Positions 1 to 10,931 of a stretch of 64,000 bases of DNA are shown piece by piece. Where the stretch lies: assembly GCF_009834535.1 (NCBI RefSeq), contig NC_045699.1, positions 64,666,001-64,730,000 on the forward strand, written 5' to 3'. The position numbers and the translations under genes are program-made. The stretch comes from Camelus ferus. Its lineage: Eukaryota. The notes below the pieces were generated by a model. That model was given only the letters and a program-made list of their open reading frames with translations. It was not told the origin of the DNA and did no database searches. Position 1 is the stretch's first letter, and each line of letters opens with the position of its first letter.

Positions 1-1338
1 ATATACAGTTAAATCAGTCTAATGTGAATTACTGAACACAATTTCTCTGCCCTTTCCTCACACGTTAGATTCACTTATTATTGTAGCAACATATTTTAAT
101 ACATTTATAGTTTATATAACTGATGGATAATATCAAGGGATGTTACAAGTACTTGCAATACAGCACAACAAAAAAATTTCAAATTAAGTCATTTTTCTAT
201 GAACACATATTCTAAGATTATTAACTAGCATATGCTACAAAAGAAAAAGTATGGGGCTTTCAGACCTCTAGTTTGTTTGGAATCAGTATTAAGTTCAAAA
301 CTGGTTTACCAAAGAAAAGTGAGTTTCAAATGTCTGGCAAACAAATCAAACCTAATAAACTGAGCTGAAAAAAATCACAAGATGATTCCTGAAAATACAA
401 GGTGACTGAAAAATCCAGGGTAACCATGGCATTTTCTCCTGTGAACGGGGTTGAGGCTGAGAGAGTTGATACCCTCAAAGACTAGGGGCCAACAGTGAGA
501 ACACACCCCACTCCGTGGCTCTCCACTCAACACAGTCATATTTGTGGCTTCCACATGGCAGAGAGCTGATGGCTCCAGAACCTCTGCAGGGGGACTTCAT
601 CCCTGTCCCCTTCAGCTGGCCTTTCCCCACAATGATGAAGATTCTTTTCATGGAATATGACTGATGATGTCCTTAAAGATGTCCTTTATGAAGGACTGTC
701 AGGAAGAAGGATTCGAGGACGAAAGGGAAGATTGGCCACTGATTTCTATCACTTTAGGGTACCTCCTGCTCGGTGACCAGGATTCTCTGGGAGGAATGGA
801 TTTCCTCTTCTTTTGTTTTGATTTCTCTGTTCTTAACAGGTACAGACCTCTGCACCAAGCTACTAAGCGAGGAATGCAAGGATTTTTATCTAGTGGGACC
901 TACTTTCATAAACACATATTGAATATAAAACACTCTCTCAAACTCATTTATAAGCAGAATCTATAATGTGATATAACCTCTACAGATGGCAAGTTGGTCA
1001 TATATGCTGGACATATAATAGGAATTCCAATACATATTTAGTAAATTAATAGGTCATTAATAGGAATGTGCCTTCCTTTTCACCCAGTAATTCCATCTCT
1101 AAAACATATCTTAAAGGATAATCAGACTAGTTCAAAAACATGTAAAGCAATCAACTAGAAGCATCTGAATCTAAAAGGGTTAGTTACATTATGGTAGATT
1201 AGTAATAACAGAATATTAGGCTACTACCACAAATGAGACCAGCCTTTCTGGTAACTGTAAAAAGAAAATCTCAATATATTTTAAGATGAACAAGGAAAAC
1301 ATGCTCCTACTTAAGTACACATTTGTAGACACAGTATG

Positions 1339-1640
1339 CAGGTTCTACCATTCCTTATCTGAAACACTTGGGGCCAGACTGTTTTGAGAACTCACAATTT
1401 TTCAGAGTTTAAAAAGCTAATGTAATGCATTTACCATATATTTTCCAAATCACAGTGAGTTCTCAAGGTGATACCCCATGTTTGTGCAACAAAACATAAA
1501 ATATTCACACTAAATGGAATAGTAAAGTCTAAAAATAGCCCTATTATCAATTCAGGCCAGGTTTTTCCCATCAAATGACTCTGCATCAAACTTAGGGAAA
1601 TATTTTTCATTTCCAGTGCTTTTTGAATTTTAGAACTGCA
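1339..1640 (+). mobile_element. TcMar-Tigger relic (MER46/Tigger4-like)
   Basis: caggtt...ccttatctgaaacacttggggccagac resembles the Tigger4/MER46 terminus; degenerate. Confidence 0.45.
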
Positions 1641-2309
1641 AGTTTTAAAAAAAAAAAAAAAACCTTAGAAAAATACATACCAAAATGTTAAGTGGTTATA
1701 ATGAGAACAGACAGCATCTAAATCTTGTCATATTGCAAAATTTGCCATTCTGCTAACTCCCCTAATGTTACTAATTGAAACCTGCTACAAGGCCACTACC
1801 TTATATTAAAGGTTATTGTAAGAAACAAACTGTCACTGCATCATAGATGCTCTGGAAGGATATCACTGCTTCATGATACCCCTTTTATCCCTTTTTATGA
1901 CGATCTACCTAAGGGGAGTGCCCACCTACCTTTATATCAAAAGAACTATGATTCTCATAATCATTTGTCTTTTTTTATGTCATAGACAGTGAATTGATAA
2001 TGATATTTCACAAGCTTTTGGTGTCAGATGCTAGAGAACTTAGATCTAAGTCTGTGACTCATTCTCAGCATACGTTATAGCTAAGTTATTAAACTGTACT
2101 TTTAGGCTTATTCCTAAATTCACTTTTCCCCTCACTCTTGATTTTCTTTTTCTGCCTCATTTTAAACCCATACTATTTAGCATACTTAAAAAGTATCCCT
2201 TTTGTAAACACAAACATAACAAAAATAATATACTGTTTATACTTTTACAGCTTAGTTATTTTTCTACAGTGGGCTTACTACTGCCTGACAAGTAACTGAT
2301 CCATCTGCA

Positions 2310-2460
2310 GTATTTCTTATCTATCTCCCAATCGTATCCTCACTGGAATGCAAGCTCCAGGAGGGCAAGGACTTTGTTTTGCTCACTGCTGTATCCTTAG
2401 TATCTAAGACAATGTTTGCATCTACATTAATAATGCCTGCAAACCAGAATGAACATGAAA
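2310..2460 (+). mobile_element. L2 LINE 3' end
   Basis: ggaatgcaagctccaggagggcaaggactttgttttgctcactgctgtatcc is typical L2 3' consensus. Confidence 0.65.
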
Positions 2461-3212
2461 ACAGACCAATAACATCGTATGCTATACTGCTACGTAACAG
2501 AACTTTTCTTAGTTGCAAAGTGATATTCCATCTATATCGTTATCTTTGACATTTTCACATTTGTCTGCAAGAGGTCAAATGTACTCATGGAGAGATTCAA
2601 ATATTCAAGAATTTTCTACAAACCTATATGCATGATTGGTTCAATCCTGGACCTTATTCCCTATGGAAATATTCTGAAATACAGAAAGGGCACGATTTGC
2701 AAAAAGATAATCATTAAATTTACTTATGAAAGAAAAAAATCTGCCAACAGCAAAATATTCAATGATAAGGGAATGTTAAAACAAATAACAGTACATTTAC
2801 ATCATGTTAACCATACAGTCACTAAAAATTATTTATGTAGATTTTAATAAGATGGAAAAACAGTGATGACATGCTAAATTAAAAAAAAAAAGGATAAATT
2901 TACATACACACCATGAGCCCAAACTAAAAAAAGGAATAAATAGAAAAATATTGGAAGTAAATAAACCAACATACTATATACAAATACTATTGATTTGCTT
3001 CAGAGATAAGCAACTGACATATTTTTTACTTCTTTACTTTTTTCCTCCTTTTGCAAATTTTGTATGATCAACACATACTTTACAACCAAAAAAGAAGAGG
3101 TAACAAATGTCATTAAAATCTTGAAAAATTACGTTTATTTAATATAAAAAAATAAGCTCCTTATTTACAACATAAAATAAAAAAGCACGGCTAAATAAAA
3201 GAAATACTGTAC

Positions 3213-3412
3213 CTTCACTGCTACGTGAAGTTTTGCTGTTTTCTTGGATGGTCCTGAGGCTTCATATGTTGTACCATCCACATCTACAGACATTGTGAAG
3301 ACTGGCGCATGGACAGGACCAGACTGAGATAGGAGCTTATACTGAAGCCCGGGCCTGATCTGATTTAGCCTCATTAGTGCATTCATAAGGTCTATTGCTT
3401 TACTATCCAGAA
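3213..3412 (-). CDS. STRBP: STRBP coding exon (human exon 13 equivalent), first dsRNA-binding domain
   Basis: 200 nt between ttttcAG and GTacag; reads (I)[66 protein letters not shown], a dsRBD matching STRBP; phase joins the 3835-3927 exon (A+TT=Ile). Confidence 0.97.
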
Positions 3413-3834
3413 CTGAAAATGGAAGAGGAATAAGATAAAAAAAATTAAACCATATTGCTTTAAACTATGCTTTCATAGGTTCATAGTGATCACTATAAAT
3501 TCAGGTTTTAAAAAAAGCAAGAATTTCAAAACATATATAAAATAATTTCACTTCATAAGTAATTCTAAAATTACTTCTGAAATAATTATGCTAACATTTA
3601 AAAAGTAAAATGCATTACTATAGCTATACATTAATTTTATTTTGTCAATATTAATGTACCTTAAGTAAATGAAGCTTGGAAACAAAAGAAAGTTATTCAA
3701 TCAATTTTTCAGTTATGATCTATTCTTAAAACTCCGATTCAAATCAATCAAATTCTTCACTTTGTAATTTTTATTTTCCTAAGATTATAAATCCTTTCTA
3801 GTTCACATCTATAAGAATAAAGATTTTTACACAC

Positions 3835-3927
3835 TTTTCCTTAAATTTCGTTTCATCTTCTTATTGGGATCTTTATCATCCCCTAATCCATCTTCAAATG
3901 GCCTCTTTAGAGCTGAAGACCCAGCAC
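3835..3927 (-). CDS. STRBP: STRBP coding exon (exon 12 equivalent), DZF-dsRBD linker with basic NLS-like motif
   Basis: 93 nt, ttttAG...GTgtgt; (G)[30 protein letters not shown]; phase 1 at both ends. Confidence 0.96.
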
Positions 3928-5374
3928 CTAAAAAAATTACAGGAGATTCATTATTAGTCCAAACAATGATTCTACTTATTCTACCAAATTTATCTAATAT
4001 GTTCAGGAAGGAAAAATCTTAGGAATCCTAAGGACCATAAGACTCTTGCACTCATCAGTTAAATATTTATAAGCTTATAATAGCCAAAAAAATTACTAAA
4101 GTGAATCTTTATGAAACAATATTGTCCCTTTTTGGAAATACTTATTTTACCACTTACTCATAAATACACATACAAATATCAATGCCTATATTCACATCTG
4201 TATATGCATAAACAGAAAAAAAGCTGTGGAAAGCTACATACCAAAATGTTAAAGGTAGTTATCTCTAGTGTGAGATTTATTTTTACTTATGCCTTTTCAA
4301 ATATTTCTATAATTAAATCCTATTCAAGATTTTATTTACAGTTCATCTTCTCCATGAAGTTTCCTTCAGCTTTTCTCACATCTCAACTTTCTAAGAGTTT
4401 CTATGGCATTAGAAATACACAGTGTCACATGTCGTCTCGTGTCACATATAGAGATCTTATATTTCCTTAGTGCTCCATGAAGGTCAAAGGTATTTTCTCC
4501 TTGTATCTTGTAAATTACCACAAGACTTAGAAACAACAGAATGAGTATAGGACAAAAACTAGCTGAACTGATTATCGATTTCTTGGATAGAACAGCTAGT
4601 TGATAATGCTGTCAGACATGAGGCAGGAACTTTGCTGTCCAAGATAAGAACAATCACGGAAAAGCTCATCAACCCATCCAAGTACTTTAAAGAACTCTCT
4701 GTATCTTCAACTTAAAAGTTGGTTGTTGGGTTTTTCCTAAAGGAAAGTTATGCTCAAGAGACTCAGGCCGTAAGATTTCCAGATACTTCTTAGTGAAACC
4801 TTATTATAACAGTGAGATTAACTACATGTTCTCTGATCATCAAGATTTATTGTCCCTTGGGGTAAACACTGACTTCAGCATTTGCTTGAGTCAATACTTA
4901 CCACTCAGGTCAATCAATCTTGATGTTCTGTTCAATAAAAGGCAGTATCTGCTTATATCTGCTTAGTACTGCATTTACATTTGCATTACATAAAAGTGTG
5001 AGAATGCCAGTCTCCCAGAATGCAGTCTTTAAGAGATAAAGTTAAAAAGGAACAATGTCTATTCAATCACTCTCCCACTCATTAAGTTACACTAAAAGCT
5101 GCTCCTTGATTGTCTGGAATTCACTAGCTGGCTTAAATGCACAGATCTATTCCCTAAATCCTCCAACTACATGAATAGTTACACGGATTAAGCTTCATTC
5201 TACCATCCCTGGCATTTTGGAAAAGGGCTGTAAAATCTGAAGCTAATCATAATGGTAACCTGGGGGTGGAAAATGAACTTGTTTTACAAAAAGAAATAGT
5301 TTACAACATCTACAGTATTTAGAAATGAGAACTGATCGCTTGAGAGGCAATAAAATTTAAATTTTTAAATTTTA

Positions 5375-5480
5375 TGGTGAGGGCTTACCATATGCCTGGC
5401 ACTGTTTTTAATACCTTATATATATTAATTCACGTAATCCTCACCAGTACCCAATGAAACCTATACTTTCTTCATCCTCA
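5375..5480 (-). mobile_element. MIR fragment
   Basis: gcttaccatatgcctggcactgtt...taatcctcacc is the reverse-strand MIR 3' core. Confidence 0.55.
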
Positions 5481-5489
5481 TTATAATTT

Positions 5490-5729
5490 TTTCTTAATTG
5501 AAGTATAGTCAATTGCAACGTGTCGACTTCTGGTGTACTGCATAATGTTTCAGTCATACATATACACACATATATTCATTTTCATATTCTTTTTCATTAT
5601 AGGTTACTACAAGATATTGAATATAGTTCCCTGTGGTATACAGAAGAGATTTGTTTTTATCTATTTTGTATATAGTAGTTAATATTTGCAAATCTCGAAC
5701 TCCCAATTTATCTCTTACCACCCCCTTTC
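5490..5729 (-). mobile_element. Young camelid-type L1 3' end, 5'-truncated, with 11-bp TSD
   Basis: ttgaagtatagtcaattgcaacgtgtc...ggttactacaagatattgaatatagttccctgtg is an artiodactyl L1 3'UTR; direct repeat cattataattt at 5479-5489 and 5730-5740. Confidence 0.85.
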
Positions 5730-5740
5730 CATTATAATTT

Positions 5741-6190
5741 CATTCATGTATTCATTCAGCAATAAATATTAATTGAGCATTTCTATGTTCAGGACAATTT
5801 TAGATGCTATACATACAACAGAGAACAAAACAATGTCCCTGTTCTCAGAGAGCTTGTGCGTGGTGGTAGAAACTACCTACATGTCTATAGTCATGAGCAC
5901 AATGGAGGAAAATTAAGAGGCCTAAGGGAGAGGAAGTGTTGCTGTTTTTTACACGTGGTGCCTTTCAGAAGGTCAGAAAGGTATCACTTATTGATAAGAT
6001 AACTTTTTGATGAAGATCTGAAGAAAGTAAAAGAGCAAGCTATTCAGCTATTTGGGGAAAGAGCCCTCGGAAGAGAGAACATTAAGCACAAAGCTCATAA
6101 GGGAGGAGCATGCTAAGAAACAGCATAAAGACCTGAGTGGCTGGAGTGGCACAAACAAGGACAGGATGGTAGCAGAGGAGGAGCAGCAGT
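5741..6190 (-). mobile_element. L2 fragment
   Basis: cattcattcagcaataaatattaattgagcatttctatg...aacaaaacaatgtccctgttctcagagagctt. Confidence 0.6.
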
Positions 6191-6989
6191 TCACAACCTC
6201 AGCTTCCACGAAGTCACCAGAGGAACTTTTGCAAAATATACAAGTTCAACCTCCAGTGTAAGAAAGTTAAGTTACTTGAAACAACCTTCCTGATGAGAGC
6301 AGTTAGTAAAGCTGAACCAAATGTAGAATAAATGTCTGTTCCTGGAAAATAAAGAATTAGGGAGTCAAGATCTGGGAGATGAAGGAAACCTTGCACTGAG
6401 AGCCACTTTTCCCCAGGGGTATCTTTGAAATCCACAAGGAGCTGCTATGAACTGAATAGAGTACTTTTATCAGGCATCCAGATCTCATGAGTCAAAAACT
6501 GAAGTTCAAGGACCACCAAAAGGGGAAGGCCTGTGAATTGCCCACATTGTGCGCTGGGCCTCTGCAATGCCATATGCTAAAAGGAAATAAAGTGGAAATA
6601 ATCTGATATCACAAAGACTTGAACCCCAGCTTCAAATCATCTTATTCCTCAACCACATTAAAATGACCCAGGTTGCCAATCCCACTAGCTATCTCCAAGA
6701 AACCAATAGAAATCCTTCCTGAAATCATTACTCCAGGCTTTAAATTCTCTCAAAATATTCAATTTCAGTCTCAAGCACTCAAAACAAAACCAAAATACAG
6801 CTACATGAGAAGACAAGATATTGTGATCAAAATTCATGAGAAGCAGACAACAGAAACTGATCCAAAAGAGACCTAGATGATGGAGCTTTCTCTCAGAAAC
6901 AAACTTAAAAAAAAAAAAAAAAGACATCAAGAAGAATTTGTGGGAGAAAATCTGAAACTATAAAAGAGCCAAAATTTCTAGAAAATTAA

Positions 6990-7083
6990 AAACTGGCATA
7001 CCTGCAAGGGGAAACAGACAATCCACAATAGAGCAGAACTGATATGTCTCTCAGTAATTAAGAGAACAAATATTGTGCATGTG

Positions 7084-7130
<47 letters not shown>

Positions 7131-7660
7131 GTGTGTGTATAAAAAACAGGTATATAAGATTTGAACAACATAATGAACAAATGTGATCTGACATGTAAAG
7201 AACTTTCTGACTACCAATCGCAGAATATACATACTTTTTCAGGATATGAATCATTTATAAAAACTGACCATGTGGCCCTAAAATAGGTTTCAAGAACTAA
7301 CAAAGGGGAAAAAATCAAAGTATGTTCTCAGATCATAGTAGAGTGAGAAATCAAAAATAAAGAGAGAACTAGGAAATCTTCACTTGTTTGGAAATAATAT
7401 TTAAATGTCTCATGTGTCAAAGAATTGATAACAAGGGGAAATAAAAAATAGTTTTAACTAAGTGATAATGAAAACACTAATGTAAAAAGAGTACAACACA
7501 TAAATCTGGACTTAAAGGAAAATTTACAGTCTTATTAGTATATACAATAACTAAGAGGCTAAAAAAAAACCCAATAATGTATTCACCTAACTCAAAAAAT
7601 TCTTAAAAGGAACAGCAAATTAAACCCAAAGAAGGCAGTGAGGAAAAACAAAGGATACGA
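6990..7660 (+). mobile_element. Ancient L1M ORF2 (endonuclease region) relic
   Basis: gatttgaacaacataatgaacaaatgtgatctgacat...aaagtatgttctcagatcat...cttaaaggaaaatttacagtc; no intact ORF. Confidence 0.6.
7080..7140. repeat. Compound (TG)n(TA)n(TG)n microsatellite
   Basis: Directly visible. Confidence 0.95.
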
Positions 7661-7936
7661 GCATGCTTCTCTAAGTGTCATCCCTAAATCTATGCAGTAA
7701 TGGAATCTGACCAACACAGCCAAATGAGTCCTTCACTAATAAGAATAAATGACAGCAAGCGGCTGTCACTGATGGGACAAGAGAAGAAAGTCAGGAAGAA
7801 CAGCAGTAAATGTTCTTATACATGACTTGGGTTAAAAATTAAGTTCTCTCAGTTCTAACAAAAGATGCATCCCATGACCAGCTACACCATACACCACTGC
7901 CCACATCCAATCCCAATAAAAAACTTTCACACTCAC

Positions 7937-8048
7937 CTTCTTTATCAGTAACTGACCAGGAATATTTCTGAAAAGGCTTACTAGATGGAAGGGGGTCCAT
8001 CTCCAGCACTTTATAAATCTGGCCAAAGGCTGATAGTCTTAGTGCATG
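7937..8048 (-). CDS. STRBP: STRBP coding exon (exon 11 equivalent), end of DZF domain
   Basis: 112 nt, tttAG...GTgagt; [37 protein letters not shown]+G. Confidence 0.96.
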
Positions 8049-8135
8049 CTAAAGAACAAAAGATTGTATTTATTCAAATTTTGTATTTTTCATTTGTTAA
8101 GCCCTTAGAACTTCTAGCTAAAAACACATTCCTCA

Positions 8136-8474
<339 letters not shown>

Positions 8475-9088
8475 TTAAAAGTCTGCTCAATTAAATGGAA
8501 TAAAAAGGACACTCATTTTCAATACAGCATTTCAATGTCCTTATTTTACTAGAAGTCACTTGTGTATTTAAGGTCACAACTGGGTTTTAACTCCAAGAAT
8601 TTAGAAAGCATGATGGATCATTCCAAATCTATAAAGGGATTATATATGGAAAATAAGACCAAATTTAGTTTTTCCAAATTAAACACTAGACTGCAAACAG
8701 AATGAACTTTATATATTTTAGCCAAACATAAGCATTTTCAAAATCCAAGCTCTAGGTAAAGCAAATTCATAGCAGACACAATATCTTATTAGTATCTTTT
8801 ATGTTAGTACATATAAAATATAAATTACAATTATTGAAAGAAAGTTTTATAGCACTTCTCCAACATTTGAACATTCTGGTTGCTAAAATTTCAAGCAAAA
8901 CAACCCCCACACATCATTTTCCTGAGCAGAGGACAAACTTAGCACATAACAGAAAACTATGTTAAAATGAAATTTTTCTGNNNNNNNNNNNNNNNNNNNN
9001 NNNNNNNNNNNNNNNNNNNNNNNNNNNNNNNNNNNNNNNNNNNNNNNNNNNNNNNNNNNNNNNNNNNNNNNNNNNNNNNNNNNNNNNN

Positions 9089-9200
9089 NNNNNNNNNNNN
9101 NNNNNNNNNNNNNNNNNNNNNNNNNNNNNNNNNNNNNNNNNNNNNNNNNNNNNNNNNNNNNNNNNNNNNNNNNNNNNNNNNNNNNNNNNNNNNNNNNNNN
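9089..9200 (-). CDS. STRBP: Inferred STRBP exon 9 equivalent (PLELICEK...GILLP), hidden in N-run 8981-9200
   Basis: Not visible. About 69 codons of STRBP are missing between the 10840 and 8344 exons, and the N-run is bounded by cta (tAG acceptor on minus). Left coordinate assumes the 112-nt human exon length. Confidence 0.6.
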
Positions 9201-10250
9201 CTATCTACAACGGAGGCCAAAAAAGGTAGAAGTCAATTTAACATTTAGGGCCCAATTAACTTTTCCCACTTGATTATCAACTTTTTTACACCAGGCAGTG
9301 TGTTCAAATCAACCATTTTTAAGATAATATATTCAGAAAACATTTTGTTACAAAACTCTATTTTCAGTTACCCTAAAAGGATTACTTAAGAAACTGCAAT
9401 CATTTAATTGACTTAACAAAGATTTAACAAGACTTCATATAAGTTAGTAACAGCTAATAAACAATCAGTGTTCAAACCCAGCCCACCTATCTCCCACTTA
9501 ACCTAAGAAGCACAATAAGACTTCATTTCAGACATCCTGCCGAGTACTGCATTTAGAATAAAAGGACCAAATCTTCGTATTTAATAAACTAAAAATTCAT
9601 GATACCGTATCAAAGTAATAATATCTAAATTAATTTAAAATGGCCCTTTACATCTTTGTTTTATAGTGTTCTTCATTGGGTCTTAATTGGGTCATGCATA
9701 ATAATTTCCAAATTAAGTAAGTTTGGTAACATATAAACTATGGTTAAGTGTACTATTCACCTGACTTCAATCACTAATATGAACTTATTTTTAAGTGTCT
9801 ACACTCAAAGAGAATGGGAGGCTTATACTGGCATATCAGGTAACTTTTACTTAAATAGAGGTAGCACTAGAAGAGAAATATGCCAGCCAAGCAGGCTTCC
9901 CTGGATAGCAGGGGAATAGTAATCGGCCAACAATGGAAAGTAAAGTGCAGGAAGACATCACTTCTAACAGGTACAGGACTTTTTCATCAGAAAAAAGGAC
10001 CCCGGCTCTGTAGCATGAATATGATGAGGTAGAAGAGATGGGTTATATTCGTCAGAAAAAACTCATATAAAAAAATCCCTAATTTTTTTCAAGAACAAAA
10101 ATAGACAGCACACACCTCAGCAGAGTCAGAATATAGCCATTTTACAGTAACATGTAATTTCTACAGAATTTCCTCTGACTACAGCTCCGGNNNNNNNNNN
10201 NNNNNNNNNNNNNNNNNNNNNNNNNNNNNNNNNNNNNNNNNNNNNNNNNN

Positions 10251-10346
10251 NNNNNNNNNNNNNNNNNNNNNNNNNNNNNNNNNNNNNNNNNNNNNNNNNN
10301 NNNNNNNNNNNNNNNNNNNNNNNNNNNNNNNNNNNNNNNNNNNNNN
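10251..10346 (-). CDS. STRBP: Inferred STRBP exon 8 equivalent (ARANGLKS...LKGW), hidden in N-run 10191-10346
   Basis: Not visible. The N-run is bounded by ctgttgaaat (atttcaacAG acceptor on minus). Left coordinate assumes the 96-nt human exon length. Confidence 0.62.
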
Positions 10347-10839
10347 CTGTTGAAATCCACTCTTCATTTTAAGGACACTGATCATGGTAGGTTCTTTAAA
10401 ATGAATACTAATTAGTCAGTCATTCACGAGTTGTCAAGCAAACCAAAAAATCAAGTTATTAAAAGTAGTAAAATTATGGTTTAGAAAGGCAAATTTTAAA
10501 GGAAGCATATTATTAAAATCACTTGTATAGCCTCATGGCAACCCCATTTCCAGGCAACTGTCTATCTTAACTTCTAGCTTTTCTCACTCAGGTTTGTATT
10601 TTATACACTACCATTTGAAATTCAGAGTAATAAGCCAAAAAGGATTATATGATAATTAAACGTCATTAACTATAATAGAAGCTACACTAGGAACTTTAAG
10701 TCATTTACTCCTACAATAACCCTAAGAGGTAGACAGCACCCACATTTTATACAGTACATAGAAACCATTACATGGCAGGTGTTCCAAATGAAACCTGCAC
10801 AAGGCTACAACAACAATAAGATAATAACAAAGAGCCAAC

Positions 10840-10931
10840 CTGAAACCATTTGGCATGTCGAAGAGACGCCAAGGCGTTCAGGCATTTCTGCCTGTCCAGT
10901 AAGTCCGGAGGATCTTTCATCGCAACCTTTT
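10840..10931 (-). CDS. STRBP: STRBP coding exon (exon 7 equivalent), DZF domain
   Basis: 92 nt, cattAG...GTtggc; (E)[30 protein letters not shown]; phase joins the 18844 exon (G+AA=Glu). Confidence 0.95.

Noticed and set aside
632-664. C-box (ATGATGA) and D-box (CTGA) pair
   Set aside because: Only about 30 nt apart, no terminal stem, and antisense to the host gene; not a credible snoRNA.
664-966. 100-aa plus-strand ORF, and the other 60-120 aa ORFs in the track
   Set aside because: No recognisable homology; most overlap repeats, microsatellites or N-runs, as expected by chance.
1-3212. Downstream STRBP exons (VLQAMGY... onward) and the miR-600 region
   Set aside because: No matching sequence found; they should lie beyond the left edge of the window.
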